A DNA stretch of 64,000 nucleotides from the human T2T-CHM13v2.0 reference genome, Homo sapiens. Positions 1 through 17,870 of this stretch are shown in pieces. Within the stretch, counting starts at the first letter, position 1. Every line of letters starts with the position of its first letter. The stretch lies in the NCBI RefSeq assembly GCF_009914755.1, contig NC_060941.1; one strand, written 5' to 3'. The notes beneath the pieces are model-generated. The model was given only the letters and a program-made list of their open reading frames with translations, did not search any database and was not told the origin of the DNA. Both the position numbers and the translations under genes were made by a program.

Positions 1-602
1 TTCTGAATGCTCCACCTAATGGACTATGAATTACAAGGTGTTCTACTCTGCCTGGTGAGAACATGGACTATTCTTGGATTTGTGAGCCCTAGCAGTGGTT
101 ACTTGTGCTCTTTTTTGGATGTTCCTTCCATAGTCTCATACAGTTTTCTCACATGCATGCACCTGTCAATATGCAGCTGAACATTTGAGGGGGACCTTTT
201 GAATATTTCTGGAGCTCAATCTTTTTCTCTGCGCGCATAATTTCTCTCCAGGGACCTGTCTTGCAAATTCTAGCCACCTTTGCCTTCTCAGACACCGAGC
301 TCTCTCTCCTCAATTCAGGGTGACAGCTGGGCTCTGCGTGGGTGCTACACCCCTGCAGTGTTGCCTGGACAGAAGTATCTGTTCGGGCAGTAAACTAGGG
401 CAACAGTGATTACCTTGTTTGTTTCTCTGAGTTTCAAGTATCTCTGTCCTATAGTGCCTGATGTCTACTGCTTGAAAACCACTGTTACATGTTTGTTTTT
501 TTTGGTTGTTTAGTGAAAGAGTAAATCCAATCACCTGTTACTCCATCTTGGTTATATGTAAAACTCCTGTTGTTCTATTTTTGTGATAAAATTTAAGTTC
601 CA

Positions 603-944
603 GGCCATGCGTGGTGGCCCGGGCTCATACCTGTAATCCCAGCACTTTGGGAGGCTGAGACGGGTAGATGACTTTGAGGCCAGGAGTTTGAGACCAGACT
701 GGCCAACATGGCAAAACCCCATCTCTACTAAAAATACAAAAATTAGCCAGGCATGGTGATGTGTGCTTGTAAGCCCAGCTACTCGGGAGGCTGAGGCAGG
801 ATAATTGTTTTAACCTGGGAGGCAGAGGTTTCAGTGAGCTGAGATTGTGCCACTACACTCCAGCCTGGGCAACAGAGCGAGACGCTGTCTCAAAAACAAA
901 ACAAAACAAAACAAAACAAAACAAAACAAAACAAAACAAAACAC
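603..944 (+). mobile_element. AluS with (CAAAA)n tail
   Basis: Dimeric Alu; TSD aatttaagttcc at 590-601 and 945-956. Confidence 0.95.
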
Positions 945-1213
945 AATTTAAGTTCCTTGGCTCTGAACCACTGACTTCTACTTCGGAATGCTTACATAGG
1001 CTGCTTTAGGTGGCAGCATTAGGCATCATGTCATCATTCCTAACTTTACAAAAGCTATTATGAGGATCCTTATTTCTAGCATGTGTAAAGTAGTCCCATT
1101 CCTACCTCAACAGATGTTTGATGAGTGCTAGATCCCTGATACTTGGGATGAAACGGTGAAGAAGATAGATAAAACCCTTTCCTTTAAAAAGAAAAATTTA
1201 AATAAATAATACG

Positions 1214-1517
1214 GGCCGGGTGCAGTGGCTCATGCCTGTAATCCCAGTACTTTGGGAGGCTGAGGTGGGTGCATCACGAGGTCAGGAGTTCGAGACCAGC
1301 CTGACCAACATGGTGAAACCCCATCTCTACTAAAAATACAAAAAATTAGCCAGGCATGGTGGCATGTACTTAGAGTCCCAGCTACTCAGGAGGCTGAGGC
1401 AGGAGAATTGCTAGAACACGGGAGGTGGAGGTTGTAGTTAGCCGAGATCGCACCACTGCACTCCAGCTTGGGCGACAGAGTGAGGCTCCGTCTCAAAAAA
1501 AAAATAAAAAAAAAAAT
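1214..1517 (+). mobile_element. AluS (Sg-like)
   Basis: Dimeric Alu with atcacgaggtc; TSD aaataaataatacg. Confidence 0.95.
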
Positions 1518-1674
1518 AAATAAATAATACGATAGCTCCCTATCAGTACTTTTTTACATTATTTATTATTCTTTGCCACCTGATATACCATATGTCCATC
1601 AGTTTATTTTTTGGTTTTACTCCAGGGAAATCGTAAGCTCCGTGAGAATAAGGACTTTATTTTCTTTCATTTCA

Positions 1675-1815
1675 AGTGGTTGTTTAACATACAGATTTTT
1701 GACCCCTTCCTCAGATTTATGGATACTGAATTTCTGAGGGTGAGGCCTGAAAATTAAAAATTTTAGCAATATTCCCGGATAATTTGTGCCGACTCTGTGG
1801 TTGGTGAACCACTGG
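1675..1815. mobile_element. MER5A-like hAT-Charlie MITE
   Basis: gtggtt...aaccactgg termini and MER5-like core. Confidence 0.55.
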
Positions 1816-1847
1816 TTTAGGGTATAGTAAAGGTTGAAAGGAAATTT

Positions 1848-2162
1848 AGTCATAAGCTGAGTAATGACCTTTTGGCCAACGATCAACAGCGTATATAGTG
1901 GTCCTGTAAGATTATGATATCGTATTTTTACTGTACCTTTCCTATGTTTAGATACACAAATACTATTGTGTTACATTTGCCTACAGTATTTGGTACAGGT
2001 TTGTAGCATAGGAGCAATAGACTATACGATATGGTCTAGGTGTGTAGGAGGCTATGCCATCTAGGTTTGTGTAAGTTCAATCTATGCTGTTTGCACAACA
2101 GTGAAATCCCCTAATGATGCATTTCTCAGAATGTATCCCTGTCGTTAAGCGACACATGACTG
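1848..2162 (+). mobile_element. Tigger3a (MER7) DNA transposon derivative
   Basis: Matches Tigger3a body; ends gtcgttaagcgacacatgactg followed by TA. Confidence 0.85.
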
Positions 2163-2429
2163 TAGTTATTTAAATGAAACTGAATGATGTGAGTGTGTGT
2201 GTGTGTGAGTGCACACACATGTGCATGTGGGTTTGGGTGTGGATTTAATGCTGAAGGGTTAGTATTTCCAGGAGAGGGAGCGGCGTAAGCTCTAGTTAGT
2301 AAGGAACTATTTTAGGAAGTATTTTTAGCTGGAGAGGGATATGATTAGGTCTACATTTTTAAAAAGATCGCTCTGGCTGTAGTGAGGTAGTTTTATTTGT
2401 CTAAAAACTTCTGCCTTGTAGCTGAGAGG

Positions 2430-2650
2430 TACCATATGCAGAGAAGAGATCATGTGCTGGGGATCAAACAGAGCAGACACAGATTCTCACTAGCTGTGTG
2501 ACTGACAAAAAGCACATAACTTCTCTGAGTCTTACTTTCCACCTGTGTAAAGTGGGGAGAGCAATACATTTCTTATTGGATTTTCTAAGGGATTGACTGA
2601 CTTACTTTAGTAAAACACCTTGTACATAACAGACCTGGGAATAATGCTAG
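2430..2650 (+). mobile_element. MIR
   Basis: Core ctagctgtgtgac...ttctctgagtcttactttccacctgtgtaaagtgggg. Confidence 0.65.
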
Positions 2651-2896
2651 TTTCTGATGGTACTCATTCTCAAGGTGCTGTTGCCCTTCAGAAGAAAACC
2701 AGAAAAACACAGCCAACACTGGCATCTCAGATCAGTGTTGGCAAGTTGTGAAACCAGCCACAGGTTGGAGAAGTCCTGCACAATGGGTGGGTGTGTGTGG
2801 GTGGTGAGACTGTGAGTAGGATGGATCTTCTAGAGGCAGTGTCAGAAAAAGGAGAAGAAAGTGCTATGACCAGTTCTTTCTGAAAAAAAGACATGA

Positions 2897-3209
2897 GGCC
2901 AGATGTGGCGGCTCACGCCTGTAATTCCAGCACTTTGGGAGACTAAGGCAGGAGGATTGCTTGAGCCCAGGTATTTGAGACCAGCCTAAGAAGCATAGTA
3001 AGATCCTGTCTCTACAAATAATTTAAAAAATTAACCAGGAGAGGTGGCATGCACCTATAGTCCCAGCTATTTGGGAGCCTGAGGTGGGATGGTTGCCTGA
3101 GCCTGGGAGGTCAAGGCTTCACTGAGCCATGATCGCACCACTGCACTCCAGCTTGGGCAGCAGAGACAGGGCACCACCCTGTCTCCAAAAAAAAAAAAAA
3201 AAAAAAAAG
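2897..3209 (+). mobile_element. AluJ
   Basis: ggattgcttgagcccagg and gagccatgatc AluJ diagnostics; TSD aagacatga. Confidence 0.93.
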
Positions 3210-3769
3210 AAGACATGAATAATTTATACACAGACAGTGTTTATCATCAGGGACTGCTGAGACTGGCAGCCAACTATTCAATAAGACCTTTCTCAAAGAC
3301 CAGTACAGATCACTTTAGTTCCAGCAATGAAGTTTTCCAAGTATTTCATCAGATTTCCCTCTTCCCTGGTTATACATTGCTCTTGAATGAGAATAAAACC
3401 ATTAAGAACATTCTGTGCTTTCTCTTCTCTTTTCTTCTTTTCCCATTCCTGTCCTTCCTTCTTTCTTTTTCTTCCTAACTTCTATCTTAAACAATTAGCC
3501 TCTAAGAGTTGGACCTGTTTTACATTTTCCTCTTACTGGAAGTGAATGATGATTTGAGCAGAGATCTATGTTACCAAGTCAGCATCATGTTCTTCCCTCC
3601 CACACAACCCACTGCTGTGTGTAATCATCTCTCATTAAGTTTCATGTCATCTGAGTGCAACTCCTTTCCCCTTTCAGGTTGCCCTTAATGTTCATTGTAC
3701 CCTGCTTTCAACTGGATAGAATTTATGGGGTGAAATCCAGGGTAAACCATGCTTTGCTGAAACATTATT

Positions 3770-6010
3770 TCATTCAATAAATACAAATGAACAACTGACT
3801 ACACACAGTCATACACACACAATCTTGAGTACCTACTGTGTGCCTGGCAATGTTAATACCAAATACATATTGGTGAATAAAACAACCAGAATCCATGTAT
3901 TTGTGGGAGAGGCAGACAAAACACACACATACGTATATGTATATAATAAGAAATGGTGATAAGTTTCATAAAGGAAATAAACAGGGCACATTAACAGAGA
4001 ATAACAAGGGGAGAGGGAAGAAGCTTATTTGGCTTGGCCCTGGAGGCATCTGTGAAGATAGGAAATTGCAGAAGGAGGTGGGTCAACCATGCAGAAAGGA
4101 GGGATCAATGCACTTAAGACAGAAGGAACAGTATGAGTGAAGGTCCTGAGGCAGGAAAGAGCTTTGTGTGATGAACTGAAAGGAGACCAGTGTGGCTTGG
4201 GCATCAGGTGTAAAAGGCAAGAGTGGCCCAAGATGAAGCTATACAAGGATTAGATTATGCTGATCTTTGTAGACTCTGGGTAAGAATTATGAGTTCTATT
4301 TTAAGCGCATTAGGTAGACTTTGAAAAGTCTTGTGAAAAGCATGTGATTATCTGATTGTTATTTTAGAAAGATTTCCTCCAGCTTCTCTGTGGAAAATGA
4401 ATCGGAGGAGCAAAGCAAAATACAGGAAGCCCAGTGCAGAGGCTATCACAATGGTCCAGGAGAGAGATGGTAGTGGCGTGAACCAAGATGGTAGAAATAG
4501 CTATAAGAAAATGAGCATATATCATGCTTATTTCGGAAGCAAAAATGAAGGCATATATTTGGGGTTGAAAGACGGTGATGAAGGATGACTTACAATTTCT
4601 AGCCATTTATTGAGTGGAGGAAAGGCCAAAGAGGGGTGGTTTGGTGGTGAAATCAATAGCTTCATTTTGAAAATGTTAAGTTTGAGATTCTGGGAGATAT
4701 GCAAGAATACATATCAAGTAGGTAGTTAATTTATAAATCTGAAGTTTAGAGAGGAACTCAAGGTAGTGATTACAAATTATAGCTCCATCAGGTATTATAT
4801 AGATGGTATGTCAGTGGGAGATCAATTAAGATTTTTAAAATGAGGCACCCAAATATAGTGGATCAAACAAGGCACAAGTTTCTTTATCATTCATGTCATA
4901 GTTCAGAGATAGGTGGGTGATCTAGTTAGACAGCTCCACTCCACAAGGTCATTCAGGGATTCACGGCACTTTTATTTGTCATCCCTTGAATATTATTTTT
5001 CTCTGTATGGTGGAAATTGGTTCATTAGCACCAAGACCACATCCTATCATTCAGAAATAGGGAAAAAGGTGCACCTTCTTTTTAAGGAAACGACCCAGGG
5101 GTAACACATGTTATTTAGCTGCAAGAGAGGCTGTAACATAGAGTCTATAAACTGGATGGCCATATGCTACCTGATGAAATGTCAATTCCATTACTAAAAA
5201 GAAGGGGAGAATGGATACCAGAAGACAAGACATACTGTCTGCCACAGACAGTAAAAAGGCAAAGCCTGCATGGGCAGGGTTTCTCAATGTACCAGCAGCA
5301 CTTTGGAACAGATAATTCTTAGTTGTGGGAGGCTGTGCTGTGCATTTTAGGATTGTATACTCACCATCAATGTTTAGTAGTATTTCCAGCCTCTGTCCTT
5401 TAGATGCCAGTAACATACTCCCAGTTGTCACAGTAAAACATGTCTCTAGTCATTGGCAAATGTCCTCTAGGGGGCAAAATCACACCCTGTTGAGAACGAC
5501 TGGGTTATATCAGGAGAACGAGTATAGAAAAAGAAGGAGTGCTGCCACTGGGGTTTGAGAAGTGCCAACATTTAAAGATTGGGTAGAAGAGGAGTAAAGG
5601 AGACAGGCAAGGAGTAGGCAATGGTATATAATGAAAACCAAGACTGAAGAGTGTCATAAAAGCCAATATAGGAGGGAGTTCCAAAATGGTAGGAGTGATT
5701 GACTATGTGGAATGCTACTATGGAATCAACTGAAACGAGGGCAGAAATGTGCTCATAGGATTTGGTAACATGGAGATTACAGGTGACACAGACAAGAGTA
5801 ATTGCTGTGTAGTAGTGGAGGTGAAACTCAGCTTGTAGTGAGTAAGAGTAAGTGGAAAATGAATAAGTGGACATAATGTTTGTAGACAACCCTAAACAAT
5901 GAAAAAGTACAGAGAAATGGAGAAGCATCTGGAGGGTTATGAGAGTTCAAAAGGGGTGTGGTTTTGTTTTTAATGAGAGATACTAGGAGGTGTTTGTATG
6001 AGCCGAAGGA
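3770..6010 (-). mobile_element. Fragmented L2, interrupted by an MLT1-like piece (~4820-5250) and MER20
   Basis: L2 3' end (cattcaataaata...gagtacctactgtgtgcctggca) followed by diverged purine-rich L2 body. Confidence 0.65.
5275..5502 (-). mobile_element. MER20 hAT-Charlie MITE
   Basis: cagggtttctcaa...gggggcaaaatc...gttgagaacgactg matches MER20 reverse complement. Confidence 0.9.
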
Positions 6011-6216
6011 AATAATCCAGTACACAAGAGTGCCACCATCCAAACATGTAAAGTGCTTGGAACTGCATTTAACAAGTAAACTGTATATTAAATATTAATA
6101 TTACTCTATGAATTAGAGATTAAGTGGGCAATTGTGCTTTTAGACCCTGCTACAGATAGAACATTTTTGTCCCCCTCCAAATTCCTATGTTGAAATCTTA
6201 ACCCCCAAGGTTAAGA

Positions 6217-7777
6217 TTTTTTTCTTTTCAGAATTCCTTCAATTTTGATTGTGGGGATAAAATCAGACAGCCACTGAAGATAGAATACAGTTACTGGGAG
6301 TAATCACAATGCTGTTCTCTTTTATAAAGTGGATATGATGTGTTATTTATTCAATTAATGCACGTCGCCAAAAATTGTCCTTATTCCTTGATTGTCTCTT
6401 TTTTTTACCAGTCTCTTGTTGAAGTGGCCTCATTGTCTGGGAAAATACTTGAGGTTTGTTGTCTCACAGCCATGGAGATCAAGGATGCGGACACACAATG
6501 AGTGAGGTTAAGAGCGGAAATTTAATTGGGAAAAGAAAAAGAATAGCTCTCTGCTACACAGAGTAGTCCTGAAAAAATAGGTTGCTGGTCCACAGCAAAA
6601 TGCAGGGGTTTTTATAGATGAGCTAGTGGGGAGGTGGTGTCTGATTTACATAGGGTGCAAAAATCTGGTTAGGACCAGGTGTGCCATTTGCCTATGGCAC
6701 AAATCTCTGGCCGCCCCCATGCCAATCTTCTATTATGCAAGTGGGTTCCCTGCCTGAGCTGTGCCATGTTGCCCATTTTTTTCTTACTGTACACGTGCTA
6801 ACAAAAAAGGGAAGATGGAGCTTCCATGGTGCACACGCCTAGCCCCCAGGTAGCCCTTTCCTATTGGTACAGCTGCTGGCATTCCCCTGTGCAAGCTTCC
6901 AGCTTGCTTATCTATATTTGCAGCTTGATTTTTCAGGCTGCTCTTTGTTGGGAAAGAAATGATTTTTTGGGCTGCTTTTTGTTTGAAGGGAAGCTCTGCT
7001 AAGGACTCGTTTGCCCTCACTATCTGCCTAAATAATTTCTTTCTAACTAAATCTGCCTAAATAATTTCTTTCTACCTCCTGTATCATTGCTCTGCAAAGA
7101 GAGGATACCTGGCCACCACATTGGCCCATATGATGCTGCCACTGGTCAGATCTCGGACTATGCTAGGCAGCTCAGAGACCTCTGCTGTTATCTGTCACAT
7201 TGCATCTCAGTCTCTCAGAGTTGCATTGTGGGGGGTCTTGTTCATTGTGTTAAAGTCAATGGTGACACTGAAAGACACACCAATCTCATCAGTCCTGGCA
7301 TAGTGTCTCCCAATTGACCCAGAGGAATCATCTACTTTGTGAGACAACCTGTGCCTGGTCAGGGCTTCCGATAATTCCTTGATAAATGGCATGAATGGTT
7401 TTGGCTCAGTGAGAGGGCGTAACATTTGAATAGAGTGACTATAGCAGGGAAACTGAGGAATGTTCTCTGTTCATCTCCTTCTCTTACATGGAATATATGT
7501 TCAAATACCATATACATAATCCTGCACAGGCTGAAGGAGGGTTCAGTTACATTCAGAACAACTTCTTCCACACAGAGTGTTCTCTGGAATCTCATCACGT
7601 TTGGCCACATCTTTTGTTAGCCGAAATGTTTTCCCTTCGGGTTCAATTGTAAATTCCCCTTTCTCATTCAATTGCATCTCAATTTCTGTAATGTAACATT
7701 CATCACAATTGGCGAGATACTCCATCATCAGTTTTGCATGCTTCTTATACGCCTTACCAACTGCTCCCTTATTGGGT
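6217..7777 (-). pseudogene. GARS1P1: 5'-truncated processed pseudogene of glycyl-tRNA synthetase GARS1 (C-terminal part, 3' UTR and poly(A) remnant), split by LTR9
   Basis: Minus-strand ORF fragments match the GARS1 C-terminus ([18 protein letters not shown]; [12 protein letters not shown]; [21 protein letters not shown]). They are intronless and frameshifted. Stop at 6381-6383, GARS1-like 3' UTR, A-tail remnant at 6217-6228. The parent gene is clear; the pseudogene symbol is from memory and unverified. Confidence 0.95.
6420..7086 (-). mobile_element. LTR9 solo LTR (ERV1)
   Basis: Minus strand begins TGATACAGGAGGTAGAAAGAAATTATTTAGGCAG and ends ...TTCA; 4-bp TSD ttgt/ttgc. Confidence 0.85.
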
Positions 7778-7936
7778 ATTAGGTAGACAGCTTCATATTC
7801 CTTCCCTGTGAATTGAGACTCTGCACTCAAACAAACGTCATGGTTATTTACATATTTTGGATACTAACCTATTATTTGTCATACACATTGCAAACATCTT
7901 TTCTGGTCTCTCACTCATGTGTTAACTTTATGTTTT

Positions 7937-7959
7937 GTGCTCACTTTTGCAGCACATAC

Positions 7960-7993
<34 letters not shown>

Positions 7994-8037
7994 GGCCCCT
8001 GTCTGTGCAAGGATGATATGCAAATTTGTGAAGTGTT
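7937..8037 (+). pseudogene. U6 snRNA retropseudogene, 3'-truncated and tailless
   Basis: gtgctcacttttgcagcacata...ACAGAGA box...gcaaatttgtgaagtgtt; 18-bp direct repeat at 7919-7936 and 8033-8050; no U6 promoter evident. Confidence 0.95.
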
Positions 8038-9756
8038 AACTTTATGTTTTATTTTGTCATTCTAACATTTTCTTTTTGTCATGTAGTCAAATATATCAAA
8101 CCTTTTGTTTAATATTTTTAGGCATATTCTATTCAAAAAGTTTTTCTTTATGGGTTTTGGTTTTTTATGTCTTCCTCTCCCAATGTCACAAAGATATTTC
8201 CCCTAATTTAGAATCTTTTCTAAATGTTTAAAAAGTTTGCTTTTCAGATTAATGTTTTAAATTCATATGGAATTCACTTTTTTTTGTATATGGCTTGACA
8301 CAAGGATGTATCCACTTTTATTAACTTCCAAATGGATAGCCAAGTGTCCCACACCATTGACTGACTAGTCTTTCCTTTTCCCACTGATTTGTAACACTGC
8401 TAAATCTCCATATGTGTGTAGTTTGGATATTGGTTCATTTGTCTATTGCCATGCCAATATGACAGTGTTCTAGTTATTGTGATTTAAAAGAAGTCTTGAT
8501 GCTTAGTCAGGCAAATCCTACTCCTTGTTTATCTTCTTCCCAATATTCATGTTTCTTCTTGTTCCCTTATTCTTCTATGTGAATTTTAGAACTAGCCTGT
8601 TAATGCCGTGAAGAAAACCTTTGGACTAACATTTATGTGATATAAAATGTTTTAATCCGTTCATTTTAAATCTTTCTGTGTCCTTACTTTCAGGCCTGTC
8701 CTTTGTAAACAAAATCTATTGGGATAGAAAGCAGAACAATCTAATAGTTTGTCTTTTCAGAGGAAAGTTACGTTTATTTACATTTATTGGGGTATATTTA
8801 TGCTGCTTTAAAAAATCATTTTACTTTGTGTTTTCTATTTTTTGCCTTCTCCCCTCCCCTTTTTTTCTTCCTCCATTTCTGCCATCTATATGATTAATTG
8901 CATTTTACTTATTTCCTATTTTGCTTCTCTGTAGAAGTTCTACATTCTATTTCTATTCTTTTAGTAGTTGCCTTTACACTTTAACATATATACAGTCCAA
9001 AGTCTAAAATAAATCAATATCTTTAATCTCTTTTTAAACGATAAAAGATTCTTAGCTTCATTCCATCTCTATTTCCAAGTTTTGGTTCCTTAGTTTGAAC
9101 TGTTTTTAATCACCTCCACCAACACTGGTCAATATTATTTTTTAAATATCAATACATTAACTTTACTCACAAGTTTGCCAATTTCTTTTCTTTTCCTTGC
9201 TTCTTTAATCCACCTCTTTACATCTGGGTTTTGGGTTCTTTTAGCTGAACTATATTCTTTAGAAGCAGTTTAAGTGAGGACTTAGAAACTCAGTTTTTTT
9301 TTTTTTTTGCCTGAAGATATATTTACTTTGCCCTCATTTTTTTTCATGAGAATTTAGTTGAGTGTGGGAATATAGATGGACAAATATTTTTCCTTAGCTC
9401 TTTGCAGAAATCGTTCCATTGTTTTCTGGCATCTATTATAATGAATGGAGAGACTTTTCGATGTAATGGTCATTCTTTTGTGAGTAATCTCTTTTCTCTA
9501 GGTGATATGGATATTTTCTCTTTGCATTTCCTATTTTGTTACTTCCCTACAGTATATGTAGGAGAATTTTGTTGTTCTTTTCATTGCTAGGAATGATCTT
9601 TTGATGTGAGAATTTAAGTCATTCTTAAGTTCTGAAAAAGTTATTATTCGATTTCTATTTCAATATTGCTTTTCCCCTCACTTTCTGTGTTCTCCTACAA
9701 TTTTTTTTTAGACCCATGTGGGCCCGTCTCTCTCTCCACTTCAGTTCTCTTAACTC

Positions 9757-10086
<330 letters not shown>

Positions 10087-10984
10087 TAACTTTTGTATTT
10101 TCCATTCTGTTGCCACATATGATGCATTCCAACATCTTCATCAGCTCCGTTTTCTAATTCATTAATTATTTCCTCAGCTATGAATAATCTGCTTTTGGCC
10201 CAACCATTAAATATGAAGGTTTGTATGTACTTATTTCAGTGACTATGTGTTCATTATCAAGATTTCTATTTGGTTAAAAAATGTTTTTAATTCTTAAAAA
10301 AATTAAAACGATTATTTAAAATATTTTAATAATGCATTGTGTTTATGCTCCTTCTCTCTTTAAATATAAAAACATTTATTTAACATTTTTATACTGTTTT
10401 ATTTGCCATTTTCTATTGCGAATTCCTACTATTTATTGCATCTTCTGACTTTCTTTTATGTGGCTTAACTCATGTGGTTCAAAATTATTTTCCGTAGTAA
10501 ACTCATTCTTAGTGAAAGTTGAGTCTGCATGACTTGAGATATATCTTCTTCTTTATAGGATGATCTGAGTTTGTTTCTTCTAAAGCTCAGTGGATTTTTA
10601 CCAATTCTGGATCTGTTTTTGTGATAATTTCTTGGCTTCAAGTGTCCCATCAATTGGATTGTGTCAATTTAAGGCCAACGATTTCTTATGAGTCTAAACT
10701 TTTAGCCATGACACCTGATGGGTAGCTTTGTTACCATGTATCCAGGCCAATAGAAGAGTATTTCAAGTCCAATTTTATGGTGTGATGGCATTTTTCATCA
10801 CTAGCTTTTAGTAGGGATTCAAGTTCAGCACCTTGTCTTGCAGGAACCTGAAGTACAGGAATGCCTCTTGTCCCTACGGTTTTTGCCAGTTTCTGATCCT
10901 TCTGGGAGTTCTTTGGCTTTGTCTGCTGTTCCTCACCCTGCCTTTGATTTCCTGCTCTATTCCTGGACCTGAGAATTTTCTTTT

Positions 10985-11302
10985 ATTATTGTTATTATTA
11001 TTATTTTTGAGACAAGGTCTCACTCTGTTGCCCAGGCTGGAGTGCAGTGGTGTGATCATGGCTCACTGCAACCTTGACCTCCCCAGGCTGAGGTGATCCT
11101 CCCACCTCTGCCTCTCAAGTAGTTGGGACTACACGCACATACCACCATACTTGGCTAATTTTATTTTATTTTTTGTATTTTTTGTAGAGATGGGATCTGA
11201 CCATGTTGAGCAGGCTGGTCTCAAACTAATAGTTTCAAGCCATCTGTCTGCCTCAGCCTCCCAAAGTGCTAGGATTACAGATGTGAGCCACCGCACCTGG
11301 CT
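10985..11302 (-). mobile_element. AluJ with (TTA)n tail
   Basis: Antisense Alu; TSD cttttattatt. Confidence 0.92.
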
Positions 11303-12389
11303 CCTTTTATTATTATTGAATAGTTTGGTTACATATTTAATTTTTTCTTTTTGTTATATTTTCTCCAGTGTTTCTATGTTTATCATATGGAAGGACAGCC
11401 TTTCCACATTAGCTAAGCTTGCCAGATTATCAGAAGTCGCTTTTTTTTTTCTGGCTTTAGAAGAGATTTTTATTCCCTGACTAGTTAAGAATTCTCGAGT
11501 TCCCAGTGACACAAAAGATGGCAGAAAAATAGCTTAAAACCTTTTATTCTCTTTTCCATCCATCTATCGCACCCAACCACACACATGTTTCCTGACACCC
11601 ACGGTGGGTCTGACACCGCCCAGATAAATGAGACGTGGTCCCCAAGAAGGCGCCTCCAGGCTCTCCAGGACAAGGATCACAAAACTGCAACACAGAGTGA
11701 TCCCGCCCTGGAGAGGGAGCTCCAGGAGGAAGAAGTGTTAGTCCATCTCTCTGGCTGCAGATGTCCCCAGGGGTGTCAGCATGGGCACCGGCAATCGGGG
11801 GCACCCTCCTCAAATCTGGCCAGGGATACCCTATGATGTGACACTTTCCCTAGACACCCATCTTCCCACCATCTTCAGAGGGCGTGACCCCTCTCTCCCC
11901 ACTCGGTCCCTTCAGGAACAGATTCCATCTCTCGTTCTTGCTATCTCAGTCCTCATCCCCACCCCCCTGCTCTAAGCTCTCAGGGGCCCACAGATCAGAT
12001 GGCTTCCCCGGCGGGCACTGTCTCCCCTCTGTATGTCCTGTGGGCAGCCACAGGTGGGCATGCACGGCAGGTGCACAGCATGAGCACAGCAGGCACACAC
12101 ACTGACCCAGTGCCACTCAGCACCCTGCGGGTGGCTGCTCCTGGCTGAAAGCTTCCTAGCACACTCGTGTGGGTGGCTGCCCCTGGCTGAGAGCTTCCTG
12201 GTGCACTGGGCTGTGGCCTCTGGCTTCTATCTCATCTCTCCAAGAGCCACCCTGGTCCACACAGGAGGCGGCAGCAAGGCCAATCCAGGGTCTTGGGATG
12301 GGGGTGGAGGGAAGGTCGAGCAATTTGTAGACAGGGGTGAGATCTCCCCAGAGCTCAGCTTCACGACATGCTGCTTCTAGTCGCAGCCA

Positions 12390-12636
12390 AGTGCAATGTA
12401 TGGACTCTGTGTGGATCCTGACTTGAACAAACCAATGCTAAAAAGAGGTTAGGATCAATATGGACTAGATATGCATGACATTAAGGAGTTACGATTCATT
12501 TGTGATGATGGATGTGATATTGACATGGTGGTTATGTAAAAGTAAAAATAGTTCTCTTCAACTGAAATATCTACTGAGGTATTTACAGGTACAATGACAT
12601 GATATCTGGGATTTGACTTTAAAATGCTCTAGCAAA
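12390..12636 (+). mobile_element. Old L1MC/ME-type 3' end fragment (continues at 16945-17018)
   Basis: tactgaggtatttacagg...gatatctgggatttgactttaaaat...tgatgggg...gttcattatact...gaaatttcc is typical of L1MC4-like 3' UTR. Confidence 0.65.
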
Positions 12637-16932
<4,296 letters not shown>

Positions 16933-17149
16933 TGCTCTAGCAAACAAAACAAAACACAAAAACCTGATGGGGACTTAGGGTTCATTATACTTTCTATTAT
17001 TTTGGATATTGAAATTTCCTTTCCAACTCATATTCTTTCATTCCCACTTTTACAGTCTTCATTATTACCTCACAGTGGGTCTCACTGGAGATTTTATTGG
17101 TGTAGTGCAGAACCTCCAGCTCTATGTCCGTCTTAAACACTCGGCACTA

Positions 17150-17720
<571 letters not shown>

Positions 17721-17734
17721 TCTGAAGTCACTCT

Positions 17735-17870
17735 TATCCAGTTACATTTGACAGATGAGAAAATTAAAGCTCAGAAAGGGTAAGTGCATTGTCCAACATT
17801 TCCATCCAGTCAACGATGCAGCCAGGAGTGGAATCTGGTTCTGTTAAGCTCTAGAGCCCATCCTCAAGCA
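17735..17870 (-). mobile_element. MIR
   Basis: catttgacagatgagaaaattaaagctcagaaagggtaagtg core. Confidence 0.7.

Noticed and set aside
2712-2742. 10-bp inverted repeat gccaacactg/cagtgttggc
   Set aside because: Short enough to arise by chance in 64 kb, with no supporting context
6148-6215. MLT1/MST start apparently interrupted by the GARS1 retrocopy
   Set aside because: Only ~9 nt (ggtattagg) could be its continuation beyond 7777 and there is no TSD; too weak to call
7741-8050. U6-GARS1 chimeric retrogene
   Set aside because: Opposite strands, 160 bp apart, and U6 has its own 18-bp TSD
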